A stretch of 64,000 nucleotides of DNA from contig NC_043005.1 of NCBI RefSeq assembly GCF_006345805.1, positions 96,596,001-96,660,000 of the forward strand. Reading direction: 5' to 3'. The DNA is from Octopus sinensis (taxonomy: Eukaryota). The position numbers were made by a program, and so were the translations under genes. Positions 1 through 11,461 of this stretch are shown one piece after another. The notes beneath the pieces are model-generated. The model was not told where the DNA came from. It saw only the letters and a list, made by a program, of their open reading frames with translations, and ran no database searches. The number at the start of each line of letters is the position of its first letter. Position 1 is the first letter of the stretch.

Positions 1-512
1 CGTTAGGATTGCCTGCACGGACCCATACGACAGACCAACAACATCAGCAATGTCGTTGATTGTCCTTCGACGATCCTCATGCACAAGCTGATGAATTTAC
101 TCCACATTCCTGTGCCTGATGCACGTGACAGGTTTTCCAGATCGTTCATTGTCTTCAAGAAACGTACTTCCACATTTGATGACCCATGCCACCTGAAACA
201 TTGCGTGTATCCCATTGCATAGTCGCCATAAGCTTGCCGAAGCATATTCATGTCTCTGTAGCAGACTTCTCAAGTTTAACGCAAAATTTCACGTTGGTTC
301 TTTGTTGTTGTCCATGACACAATCACAAACTATAGCATACAAGCGATCACAAAAGCACAAAATTCACAACTTACAAAGTAAACACTGCAATGTAACTCGG
401 CACACTGCCTCATGAAGGTCACTGCTAGTTATCACTGCACACGCAACCACGTGCTACCATCTATTGGCTTGCTACAGAACTAGTTCAGGAACATTTTGAT
501 ACCACATTGTAT
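1..512 (-). mobile_element. Mariner transposon 5' part, decayed transposase N-terminus (HTH), runs off the window edge
   Basis: Minus-strand frames give MD..KFCVKLEKSATE..NMLRQAYGDYAMGYTQCF and RNVE*IHQLVHEDRRRTINDIADVVGLSYGSVQAILT, typical mariner HTH, with stops and frameshifts. TIR-like end near 490-512. Confidence 0.85.
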
Positions 513-1174
513 ACATATATAAATCTTCAAATGCACGTAACAATTCTCGTAATAAAGATAGGTTGGAGAGCAGCAAAAATATACTGCACTAAAACTGGTG
601 TGCATGCATATATATATATATATATATATATATGTTTGTATTATGTAAGTGCTTATGGTATGTTTGACTGGCAAAAATATTGAATGACAAACAAACTATT
701 ATACATTTAGAAGAGTGTGTCAACTATTTGTCAGTAATACTATTAACAGAATGTGAATAATAAACAATTCATACAGTCTTAGTTGCTTTAAGAATGATTA
801 AAAAACATGCAGGCTAATCTATAACTAAGACTTCAGGACTAACAAATATGTGCAACGTATACGAGATAAGACAACTAGACATTGTACATCGGTATAATTA
901 TTAGTTTCTTCTATGCTTTCAAGTTCATTGGGTTGTAAATTAACACCACTGGTTTCTGTTGGTTACTGTTTTCTTTACATATGGCGATGTTGTACTGATA
1001 ACACTGTAGCGACTGAATAATTGCTGCAGGCGTGAGCAGAAGGTTGCACAGAATTGGCTAAAGAGAATCATTGTGAAGCTGCTGAAGAATGGAGACCTGT
1101 TCAACAGGAATAGTTGGCAGGGCATTGCATATATATTACGTGATATAACTCAAGGCATATATACACATTTATAC

Positions 1175-1350
1175 ACAGGGTGTCCATGAATTATCTATAC
1201 ACTTTTGAAAAATTCTGGGTAAAAATGGAAAAAATAAGGATAACTTCGTTTATTGGAAAACGTTGGCAAATAAAGTTATTACAAACATCTGGACACTTCC
1301 ACATGGATGCACTGGATGCACGCAAAATATCTAAATGATAAATTGTGGAA
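1175..1350. mobile_element. Tc1/mariner-type terminal fragment
   Basis: Begins TACACAGGGTGTCC, a common Tc1-type TIR start after TA. No coding sequence. Confidence 0.4.
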
Positions 1351-1366
1351 GCTGGAAAACAATATA

Positions 1367-1425
<59 letters not shown>

Positions 1426-1517
1426 AAGATAAACTTACTTGGAAATGGATGCGTGGCGTTCAATCAAATAATAATACAGATCATATATACATAAATATAC
1501 GTACATACATATATATG

Positions 1518-1749
1518 TATATAGGTACGCATATATGGGTACAGGACGTCATAGAACATAAACAAATGGAAAAGAAGACAAGTAACATAAAAAATGACCC
1601 TTCATCAGTTGTCGGCTGTCGTCGTTTTTTATGTTACTTGTCTTCTTTTCCATTTGTTTTTCCCGTTCTTTGCGTACCCAACTTTATTTTCGTATTTCAT
1701 GTTGTTTACGTTTTACGACGTCCTGCACCCATATATGCGTACCTATATA
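1518..1749. mobile_element. Fold-back (inverted-arm) element in TA microsatellite, Penelope-LTR-like
   Basis: 1561-1598 is the reverse complement of 1621-1658 (1 mismatch), and 1518-1560 pairs with about 1707-1749. CTGATGA on the minus strand at 1602-1608 lies in the loop. Confidence 0.7.
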
Positions 1750-1790
1750 CATATATATGTATGTATGTACGTATATGTATGTATATATGC

Positions 1791-1825
<35 letters not shown>

Positions 1826-1829
<4 letters not shown>

Positions 1830-2206
1830 GAGGCGCAACTGCCTAGCGGTTCGGGCAGCTGACTCGCAGTCGTAGGGTCGCGGTTTCGATTCCCAGGCCG
1901 GGTGTGTGAGTGTTTATTGAGCGAAAGCACCTAAAGCTCCACGAGACTCCGGCAGGGAGTAGCGGGGAACTCTGTTGTATTCTTTCACCACAACTTTCTA
2001 TCACTCTTTCTTTCCGTTTTTGTTGTATCTGTATTTCAAGGGGTCCAACCTTGTCACACTCTGTCTTGCTGAATCTCCCCGAGAACTACGTTAAGGGTAC
2101 ACGTGTCTGTGGAATGCCCAGCCACTTGCACATTAATTTCACGAGCAGGGTGTTCTGTTGATCGGATCAACTAGAACCCTCGTCGTCGTAACCGACGGAG
2201 TACCGC
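1826..2206 (+). mobile_element. tRNA-derived SINE (family C head, tail type 1)
   Basis: Head GGAGGCGCAA..CCTAGCGG (A box) and GGTTTCGATTCCC (B box). Head shared with 19048 and 61195, tail shared with 31850-32040. Confidence 0.85.
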
Positions 2207-2209
2207 GAT

Positions 2210-2285
<76 letters not shown>

Positions 2286-2320
2286 TGCATATATATACAT
2301 ACACGTACATACATACATAT

Positions 2321-2371
<51 letters not shown>

Positions 2372-2485
2372 TATATATATAATATATATATTCCCTTCAT
2401 TCCTGAGCGTCAAATAATACTTTAATTGTTCCACGTGCTCGCGTTGCTGAGTTTTTTTCTGTGTTTTCTTGTTTAGATTAACTAA

Positions 2486-2518
<33 letters not shown>

Positions 2519-2719
2519 GCATATATACATGCATACATACATATATTTATATAAGCTCCAAGGATCTAAGTTCGTAAGCTTTGAGCAGTACGTAGAAAGT
2601 ATAACTAACAGATTTCAGGAACAAAAGTTCACAGTTAGCAACTAGGGTTGCTATGTATGCGAATAAAAACCCAAAATGAGGGATGGAACAAGTAAAATCC
2701 AGGCAACTAAGGTATCTTC

Positions 2720-2795
2720 GGCCTAATGAGTAGCTAGTGGAGTACCCCACATGGAGTAATTATTACTTATCACTAGCTTTGAAACATATGTAGCC
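2720..2795 (+). ncRNA. Type I hammerhead ribozyme motif, probably inactivated (G5A)
   Basis: GGC-CTAATGA-gt-AGCTAGTG..CACTAGCT-tt-GAAA-CATATG-TA-GCC: stem I GGC/GCC, 8-bp stem II, palindromic stem III ACATATGT, GUA cleavage triplet. Confidence 0.65.
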
Positions 2796-2844
2796 TGGAT
2801 TTTACCTGTTCCATTTCCTCATTTGAACATATATATATATATAT

Positions 2845-3100
2845 ATTCGGTTGTGTCTGGGGAGTCATTTTCTTTTTGTGCCTTATAATGTAACACACTC
2901 ACCAGTAGAATTTCCATTTTTTTCTTATTTTTATTTTCCTAAAATTTTCGTCTTGCAACCTTTTTAATAGTCAAAAGGTTGCAAGACGCAACGAAAATTT
3001 CAAGAAAAAAAAAAAAGAAAAACGTGGAAATTTTACCGGTGAGTGTGTTCCATTATAAGGCACAAAAAGAAAATGACTCTCCCCAGACACAACGGAATAT
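2845..3100. mobile_element. Fold-back element with ~120-bp inverted arms
   Basis: TTGTGTCTGGGGAGTCATTTTCTTTTTGTGCCTTATAATG.. mirrored by ..CATTATAAGGCACAAAAAGAAAATGACTCTCCCCAGACACAA. Centre CTTGCAACCTTTT-loop-AAAAGGTTGCAAG at 2952-2985. Confidence 0.85.
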
Positions 3101-3177
3101 GCTTCAACACACGAACTCATATAAAGAATCTTGCAAACCAAATTCAAAAACGATATATATATATATATATATATATT

Positions 3178-3239
3178 GATTGATTGATTCTAGTTTCAGC
3201 TTATGAGCTGTGGCCATGCTGGGGCACCGCCATATATAT

Positions 3240-3285
<46 letters not shown>

Positions 3286-3380
3286 TATATATATATATGT
3301 GTGTGTATATATATCACCGCATCACCGCCGTAAAAAGACACGCACACACACACACACACACATGTACATACGCACGCACA
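3178..3380 (-). mobile_element. SINE family A, partial 3' end
   Basis: Reverse complement of the GGCGGTGCCCCAGCATGGCCACAG tail seen in the full copies. Confidence 0.65.
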
Positions 3381-4109
3381 TATAAGTAGAAGTACCACAA
3401 CTGAAAGAAATAATCTGGTATTAACTCAGGGCATAAATATATACACAATATACGGAAAATAACATAACTAGGCACTGCAGGCACATATCAAGCTATGTAC
3501 TTTGAATACATTGGAAGATACCCAGATCAAGAAGAAAAAAAGCATAACACTGAACATAACCGAGGCACTCAGAACTGAGAAGAAAGAGATTTGAGAAAAG
3601 GAATAAAGTAACTTATGCAATATTGAATGTTTCGCACAAATTTCTAAATGGGCATAAAAAAAGAAGTATAAATCGTTGAGCTGCTGTAAATGCTATAATA
3701 AATGTAGAAATACTGTCATTTTAGGAATAGGTTCAGGGCGCAGAGAATTCTATGAAAAACAGAATTATGAATTATGACGTGTTTTATTATAAAGGAAAGT
3801 GAAAGTGAAAGAGAGAGAGAGAGAAAAAAAGTCATACAGGAAGAAAATAACCGACCTAAAACATAAGAAAAGTAAATTAAAATAGCAGAAGAGAATGTCA
3901 ACTTTAAGAAAGCAATCATAAACCAAATCCAAGAAGAAAAGTGAAAACAAAAATACAAGACGTTTGGAAAGACGATAAAACAATCAAAGAAAAAATATAT
4001 TTCTGAAGATGATTTCTTCTAAAGAAATTCACATATGAATATAAAATCAAATTTTAAGCAGGAATATTGTCAGTTCAAAAATTTCAGATCAGAAATAAAA
4101 ATTTTTATA

Positions 4110-4528
4110 GGCGTAGGAGTGGCTGTGTGGTAAGTAGCTTCCTTACGAACCACATAGTTTCCGGGTTCAATCCCACTGCGTGGCACCTTGGGCAAGTGTC
4201 TTCTACTGTAGCCTCGAGCTGACCAAAACCTTCTGAGTGAATTTGGTAGATGGAAACTGAAAGAAGCCCGTCGTATATATGTATATATATATGTGTGTGT
4301 GTGTGTGTATGTTCGTGTGTCTGTGTTTGTCCCCCCCAACATCGCTTGACAACCGATGGTGGTGTGTTTAAGTCCCCGTAACTTAGCGGTTCGGCAAAAG
4401 AGACCGATAGAATAAGTACTAGGCTTACAAAGAACAAGTCCTGGGGTCTATTAGCTCGACTAAAGGCGGTGCTCCAGCATGGCCACAGTTAAAATAACTG
4501 AAACAAGTAAAAGAGTAAAAGAGTAAAA
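4110..4528 (+). mobile_element. tRNA-derived SINE family A (CORE-like centre, internal microsatellite)
   Basis: GGCGTAGGAGTGGCTGTGTGGTAAG head, CCGGGTTCAATCCC B box, CCTTGGGCAAGTGTCTTCT CORE-like block, (AAGAGTA)n tail. Many copies in the window. Confidence 0.9.
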
Positions 4529-5176
4529 TGAACCAATGAAAGAAAATTCTAATGTAACGGACAAGGAATCGACTTGTAAAGTATAGGCGACAATATCATC
4601 CTCAGTGTTGGTGCTGACTGGTATTTATTTCGCCTTGCTTTACCTTAGGTCCATAATCTTTTAACGATGTCGAGGTGCCGCAGCGTTGTCTGGGCAATTT
4701 TAAAGCTGATGTGAATCCATCATTTGCCAGGTTTGACCACAGTCGATTTCTTCCAGAAAAAGGTCTAGACAGAGAGAAGAAACAAAAGAGAACATTCGAC
4801 ATCAGGACAAGACTGGTACTTATTTACTTATTTATCAACCCCGAATGGGTGAAAGACAAAGTTGATGTTGATGAGATATGAACTAAGAGCGTGGGGTAAC
4901 AGAGCGATTAATAAGAAGTTATCTATCCGTCGCTCTAACAACTTTGCCAACTGGCCAGCTTAAGTAAGGAATTTACTTTATGAAACCTCGGGAGGATGAA
5001 ACGCAAAGTGCACAATGGAGCGGGAGCGAAGGATCTAAACTTAGAGCATAAAGTGGCAGAATAAAATGGCGTAAGGAGCATTGTTCGACGTTTTACCGAT
5101 TCGTTTCATTAATTAAAAATTAAATAACATAGTAAAAGATCGTTAATGTTGTTACATGGAATGAATCAAACTATAC

Positions 5177-5550
5177 TTTTATCTTTTGCTTATTTCAGTC
5201 TTTGGACTACAGCCATGCTGGAGCACCATCCTGACGACTTTAATCGAACAGATCAAACCTTGTATTTTAAGCTTGGTACTTCTTTTATCGGTATTATTTG
5301 CCGAACCGCTATATTACGGGACATAATCAAACTCATACCGGATGTCAAGCGATGGTGGCGACAAACACGAAACAAAGACACTCACAATACGCACGTGCGC
5401 ATACGACAGGTTTCTTTCAGTTTCCTCTACAAGGCATCTACTCAAGGGTTATAGTAGAAGACACTCGCCCAAGGTGCCACGCAGTGGAATTGAACCCAAA
5501 GCCACATGGTTGGAAAGCAAGATTCTTAACCATTGATGCACGCCTGCGCC
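5177..5550 (-). mobile_element. SINE family A
   Basis: Reverse complement of 4110-4528 with a variant 3' segment. Confidence 0.85.
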
Positions 5551-5918
5551 CATATAGAAGGGAAATTGAGTGAAGTTGTTGAAAGAAAATAAAAATAAAA
5601 AGAGCAGCAAATAATATTTAGTAAGTTTTTTCTTGGATAAACCATCTACGTACCTTATCTATTTATTGAACAAAATTTCAATAAGGATATTGAACAAATT
5701 CTATAAAATATCGAAGTCAATATTGAAAATATTGACTTAACAAATCTTTCAAGCTTTCCACAAGATTCATCAATTAATTTTAAGAGTCTAGTATCAAAGG
5801 GTAATGAAATTTTTTGGTTTTTATTTTTGCTACGAACACGTTCAAGAGATATACAAGATAACATGGTTATATTCGTGGCAACAAAATTAAAGCATTATAT
5901 AGCAAGAAAGAGAAAGAG

Positions 5919-5965
<47 letters not shown>

Positions 5966-6434
5966 AAAGAAAAATCAACCAATATTTCAGATAATTGATT
6001 TCAACAAGCATTCGATGACAAAGGATAAAATTTATTGCTCCTGGAATCAATCTATTTTTATTGCTTGAGCGGTTCATGAAAGCTAGTATATCAACACTGT
6101 CAAAAGAAGCTGAATCGCTTATGCCTTTATATATATTATTCCGTCCTCTTCTAACTTATCGAGGCTGTGTCCAAGACTCTAATGGATGTCGCTATAAACT
6201 TTATAATAACCATAACCCTGCTATGGCGTTGCTGTTAGGTATATAGGGTAATGGAAATGTTCGCCAGAACATACAATCATGGCTAAAACAGTAAACGAGT
6301 GAGCCTCTATGCGATAGTTCGACTTACGAGAAATAGAACAAAATTTTCAAATTCACTCAGCATTCTTAAAAAAAGGAAGGAAATATTGGTCCAAAAGACA
6401 GCTAGTCGTAGTTGAAACACTATTCGTTACATAC

Positions 6435-6566
6435 CTGCTCGACCATGGATGATTTTGGGCAAAATACCAATAGGAGCTCCATCATCACCAACAGCTATTT
6501 GCAAAAGAGCCAGTGTGAGAGCCGCTACGTAGTCGCTAGAGCTGGTAGACACAACGGTGAAGTCTC
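6435..6566 (-). CDS. Candidate internal coding exon, 132 nt, phase 1-1, product unknown: (G)DFTVVSTSSSDYVAALTLALLQIAVGDDGAPIGILPKIIHGRA(G)
   Basis: Acceptor TTTTACAG (alternative TGATAG 15 nt upstream) and donor CAG|GTATGT. Only one frame is open, GC is higher than the flanks, it is non-repetitive, and the in-register antisense frame is also open. No homolog recognised. Confidence 0.4.
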
Positions 6567-6901
6567 CTGTAAAATTACGCTCTATCATATGAAAAGGGAA
6601 AACGGACACACTTGATTGTCTGAGAAAACAACGAAAAAATAAATAAAAGACAAATACTCATAAATGGAATCTCTGTAAACATAAGGTATTCTCAAGCAGA
6701 ATTGATCTGGGACTAAACAATAATCATAAATGTAGATAAAAGAAACTAGAAAATAAATATACCTTGAAAATGCACACGACATGAAAAAAGATACGTAAAA
6801 CAAAGCTATTTCTTTCTCTAAGACTCAATAAATTGGCTTGTGTGCAAGGTCACACGTATCGCTAAAAATGACACCTAACAAAAAAGAAGAGCAAGGCTAT
6901 A

Positions 6902-6943
<42 letters not shown>

Positions 6944-7169
6944 TAATAATAATAATAATAATAATAATATGAGGGAATATTATTCCAAACTTACAGGGAA
7001 AAATTCAATTTAGAAATACTAAATCAAATTTGACAAAATATAATATATATATATAAATTAGAAAAAAAAACCCACCCTTTATCAATTCAATAATGAAAAA
7101 TTAAATATTACCATATAGAAAAATTACATATTATAGAAAGATTAGATATAAGATAAAATGTATAACAAT

Positions 7170-7577
7170 GATTAAGTAATGTTCGCTTTGCAACCACGTC
7201 GTTTCAGGTTCAGTTCCACTGCGTGGAACGTTAGGTAGGTGTCTTTTACTATAGTCCCGTGTCGACCAGTGTCTTGTGAGTAAATTTGGTAGATGGAAAC
7301 TGTATGGAAGTCAGTTGTATGTGTGTGCATGTGTGTGTGTGAGCGTGCAAATCTTTGTATTTGTGCTTGTCCCGCCCTCTAATCACCACTGGATTCTAGT
7401 GTTGGTTTGGCTGCATCCCCGTAACTTAGCGGTTCGGCAACAGGGAATGATACTTAAGTTGTAGTCCCCCCCCCAAAAAAAAACAAAAGTACTGGGTAGA
7501 TTTGTTTGACTAAAATCTTACAAGACGGTGCCCCAACGTGGCTGTATCCAATGACTGAAACAAGGAAAAATAGAGGA
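7170..7577 (+). mobile_element. SINE family A, diverged
   Basis: GGTTCAGTTCCACTGCGTGG, GGTAGATGGAAACTG and CCCCGTAACTTAGCGGTTCGGCAA blocks. Confidence 0.85.
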
Positions 7578-7582
7578 TATAC

Positions 7583-7658
<76 letters not shown>

Positions 7659-7762
7659 CAACATATATAATATAGTTCAAATTTATAGAAAAACAAAGAC
7701 GAACACAGTTGTAGGAACAACAAGCAAGTGTATTAGTTTGACGCTCGGAAAAAATGGAACAG

Positions 7763-7800
7763 TCTTTTACATTTCAAGCGTACACTCTTCAACAGAAAGA
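7763..7800 (-). ncRNA. Minimal type I hammerhead motif (family H1), CpG-decayed
   Basis: Minus strand TCTTT-CTGTTGA-A-GAGT gtac GCTT-GAAA-TG-TA-AAAGA. Lies in the same ~180-nt element (7675-7800) as the other copies. Confidence 0.55.
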
Positions 7801-8075
7801 AATTGAGAGTTCAGTGGTCCAACATATCTGTATCATTGAGCCAAGCGAAACCGAGTATATTGGGCGAGCCATCTTTTTTAAAAAGGGCACCTGACGAGAT
7901 ACATCTGCACCGGAGGATGCAGCACAGCCAGTTGTATAATATCCCACCCGCAAAGGACCGATGCAACAGAAGTTGAAACTACCGTTGTGATCAATAAAAA
8001 TTCTCGTGAATTCCATTTTCCGTTTCCTTCATTTGTTATATATATATATGTATATATACAAATATACATACATAT

Positions 8076-8108
<33 letters not shown>

Positions 8109-8115
8109 TATATAT

Positions 8116-8167
<52 letters not shown>

Positions 8168-8171
<4 letters not shown>

Positions 8172-8350
8172 TAGCAGTTAAGCCTGGTCTCACCCGGTCG
8201 GTTTGGATGATGTGGCTGTAAAACCTGCTCTGTGTAAGCATTCGACTTGTTTGGGCACGCTTACTTTAAAAAACAATTTTAGAATGACTTTTTTCTGTCA
8301 AAGCGCTAAAAATAACTGTCCAACAAAAAAATAACCAAAAAATAAACCCA
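8168..8350 (-). mobile_element. Helitron-like 3' end
   Basis: ACTAG terminus next to TA repeat followed by a GC-rich hairpin-forming stretch. Confidence 0.4.
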
Positions 8351-8665
8351 AATACCAAGCGAACAAAGATGAACCACCCCACTTCCATTACGCGCACACA
8401 AGAAGACACACACGCGCGCAAATACACACACATATATTCACACAGTTGAAATGCTGTTTGATTTAATTTTTTCAGCGTACGATTTTCATCATCCCACTGC
8501 CAAGTATGACATCACTCCTTCCATTCTCATTCATAAACATATGAGTATTATTATAGTAGATTATCTCGGTAACCATGGGAGCTATGAAAAAAATACAAAG
8601 CCCAGCATCACCACCGGATCAGTCTACACCTCTGTAGACATACATATACATACACACATATATAC

Positions 8666-8697
<32 letters not shown>

Positions 8698-8769
8698 AAA
8701 TTTATATATCTTAAATTTGCAGAAGTATTTGTCGTTTCAAACTTACACCTTCTGTTTTAAACATGATAA

Positions 8770-8862
8770 TTTATCAACATTGAAACATTTTAATTTAACA
8801 ACATTGAAACATTTCAGTTTATCAACATTGAAACATTTTGATTTGTCAACATTGAAACTTAT
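8770..8862. repeat. 24-bp minisatellite, about 4 copies
   Basis: TTATCAACATTGAAACATTTTAAT-like unit repeated. Confidence 0.85.
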
Positions 8863-9254
8863 AACGACGTTTTTCTAATTTTACACTTTTACCATTGATA
8901 AACAAAAAGTATTGTTGAAACTAGTTTGGTATATATGTAAATAAATGTATTTTAAACATTTACGAGTTTTTAAAATTTAAATGCATTTTCAGCAACACAT
9001 TTACCTATATATATATATATATATGTATGTATATATATATGTATACATATATAACATCATATCCCCTACAGTATATATTGAGCACTCCTTTCTCATTGTT
9101 TCAGCATAAATCAACGCACATATATTACACCCATATATAAATAATATGGATATGTGAGCATGTGTGTGTGTTTGTGAGTCTGTGTGAAATTGTATATATA
9201 TACTTTTGAGTATATATAGCTGTGTATGGATGCATATAAATATGTGTGTATGTA

Positions 9255-9312
<58 letters not shown>

Positions 9313-9802
9313 TATGCATATATAGTGCTAACATAGTGACGCGAAGCGAAAACCCACATGTTACATGCGTTGCCAGTTCATGGATACCATGAATAGTAGT
9401 TTTCGTGGATTGCCTAAATTTAACCTGTTCGGAAAGGTTCCATGTACATGTCAACGAGATAAATTAAGAACCAGTTACGCACTGGGGTCGATGTAATCGA
9501 CTTAATCCGTTTGTCTGTCCTTGTTTGTCCCCTCTCTGTTTCGCCCCTTGTGGGTAGTAAAGAAATAGGTATTTTCTTCAATGTCCGAGCGATATTCCCA
9601 GCTAGATAACGTAAATTTATAAAACGTTAATATCTTCTCTTCCTCCCGTGGAGAAGTTTGCGCACAAAACCAGCAGTTAGGATTTCTACCATTGACACAG
9701 GGCTTCTATAACTTTAGAACTGTGCAGGGTTAAATAGTCTTCATTATTATCGAAAACTTCCAACTCTTAGGGTAAGGGTGACTCTTCTGAGCTATCTAGA
9801 GA

Positions 9803-10000
9803 TATTGGTTTCAAATTTTGGCAGTAATTTCAGAGGCGGGGTAAGTCGATTATATCGATCCCAGTACTCAACATGTACTTATTTTATCGACTCCGAAAAC
9901 GATAAAAGGCAAAGTCGACCTCGGCGGGATTTGAACTCAGAACCAAAAGACGGACGAAATACCGCTAAGCATTTTGCCCGGTGCGGTAACGATTCTACCA
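9803..10000 (-). mobile_element. tRNA-derived SINE family B (Meta-domain-like centre)
   Basis: Minus strand GAGTTCAAATCCCGCCGAGGTCGACTTTGCCTTT..GTCGATAAAATAAGTAC. Many copies in the window. Confidence 0.85.
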
Positions 10001-10134
10001 GATATTAAAAATTATATCATTAAGGTCTCCTGTCTTCTCTGAGATCGCAAGCCCTGCGAGGGATTCCCTCCGACAACTTTCACACTGCGCAGCGCAGCGA
10101 ATTCCGGGGAGATTAAAGAAGAGTGGAAACACAA

Positions 10135-10182
<48 letters not shown>

Positions 10183-10269
10183 GGGAAGAATGAACGAGAG
10201 AATAAGCAAATAGGGGAAAACAGCTGAAAGATGGAAATGGTTACAATAAGTGGCTTCACTGTATATATA

Positions 10270-10326
10270 TGCATTTATGTATGCATGTATATATCCAGAG
10301 ATATTAGAATATATATATATATAGAC

Positions 10327-10368
<42 letters not shown>

Positions 10369-10406
10369 TATTATATATATATATAGACATATATATATAT
10401 ATAGAC

Positions 10407-10457
<51 letters not shown>

Positions 10458-10473
10458 TGTATATATATATAGA

Positions 10474-10518
<45 letters not shown>

Positions 10519-10670
10519 ATATATATGTATGTAATGTATGTATGTATGTATGTATGTATGTATGTATGCATGTATACAATATAGATACATACACGGAAAC
10601 AAAGATACAAACATACAATCCGTTGGTCGGATCCCAATAGTTAGCGAGCTTTGATTTTTCTGTCTGAAGT

Positions 10671-10701
<31 letters not shown>

Positions 10702-10737
10702 GTGTGTGCGTGTGTAAATGTGTGTGTAGAAAACCAA

Positions 10738-10770
<33 letters not shown>

Positions 10771-10793
10771 AACTACTATTGCTTCTGCTACTG

Positions 10794-10825
<32 letters not shown>

Positions 10826-10900
10826 GCAGCTGCTACTGTTGCTGCTGCTGCTGCTACTGCTACTACCACTTGTAGTAGTAGTAATAGTATTACTAGCAGT
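10270..10900. repeat. Compound microsatellite block (TA, ATGT, CT, TG, TAC/TGC)
   Basis: Direct reading. Explains the low-complexity ORFs here. Confidence 0.95.
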
Positions 10901-11426
10901 CATTGCCATTGCAACCTAAAACACCGAGGTACACTATTCTCTTGTCTAACAGGTCTGGAAACGCGCGTGCGCACGCAGACGGGCGAGCACGCAGCTCAAA
11001 GCATACACATTACCACATAGAAACACACACACACACACACACACACACTCATGTTATACATAAATGTGTGTACACACCAGAAACTGTTCGTCAAAATATT
11101 GATTTTACTGCGCAACTAAAACATGGCGACATCGAAAGTGGAACGGCCAGCGGTTTGTCTTCTTGTTGCTGCTGTTGTTGTTGCTCGATGCAGCTGCTGC
11201 TGGCGATGTTATTGTTGTTGCTGCTACAGCTACTGTGTTGTTATTGTTGTTGTTGTTGTTGTTCTCAAGCTTCTTCTTACAGGTTGTATTTACGAAGCAC
11301 CTTTCGTCTTCTTTTACTTTCTCTCTCTCTCCAACTTTATACTTATGTCCCTCTTTCATCTTTCCCTATTTTTCTGTCATTCTACTTTTAAATCTGTCTT
11401 GCCTGCTTACCTCTAATCTATCTATA

Positions 11427-11461
<35 letters not shown>

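Noticed and set aside
1826-1900. tRNA genes at A/B-box matches (also 4110, 19048, 31745, 61195, 61790)
   Set aside because: No complete cloverleaf, and each continues into a shared SINE body or is a fragment.
3468-3574. Ion-channel-like TM segment when joined to the 6435-6566 exon
   Set aside because: Spacing does not match iGluR M2-M3 and there is no TVGYG filter. The reverse complement of A-rich DNA gives such acceptors and Phe-rich frames by chance.
7885-7995. CTGACGA ... GAAAC as a plus-strand hammerhead
   Set aside because: No stem II closes between the two motifs.
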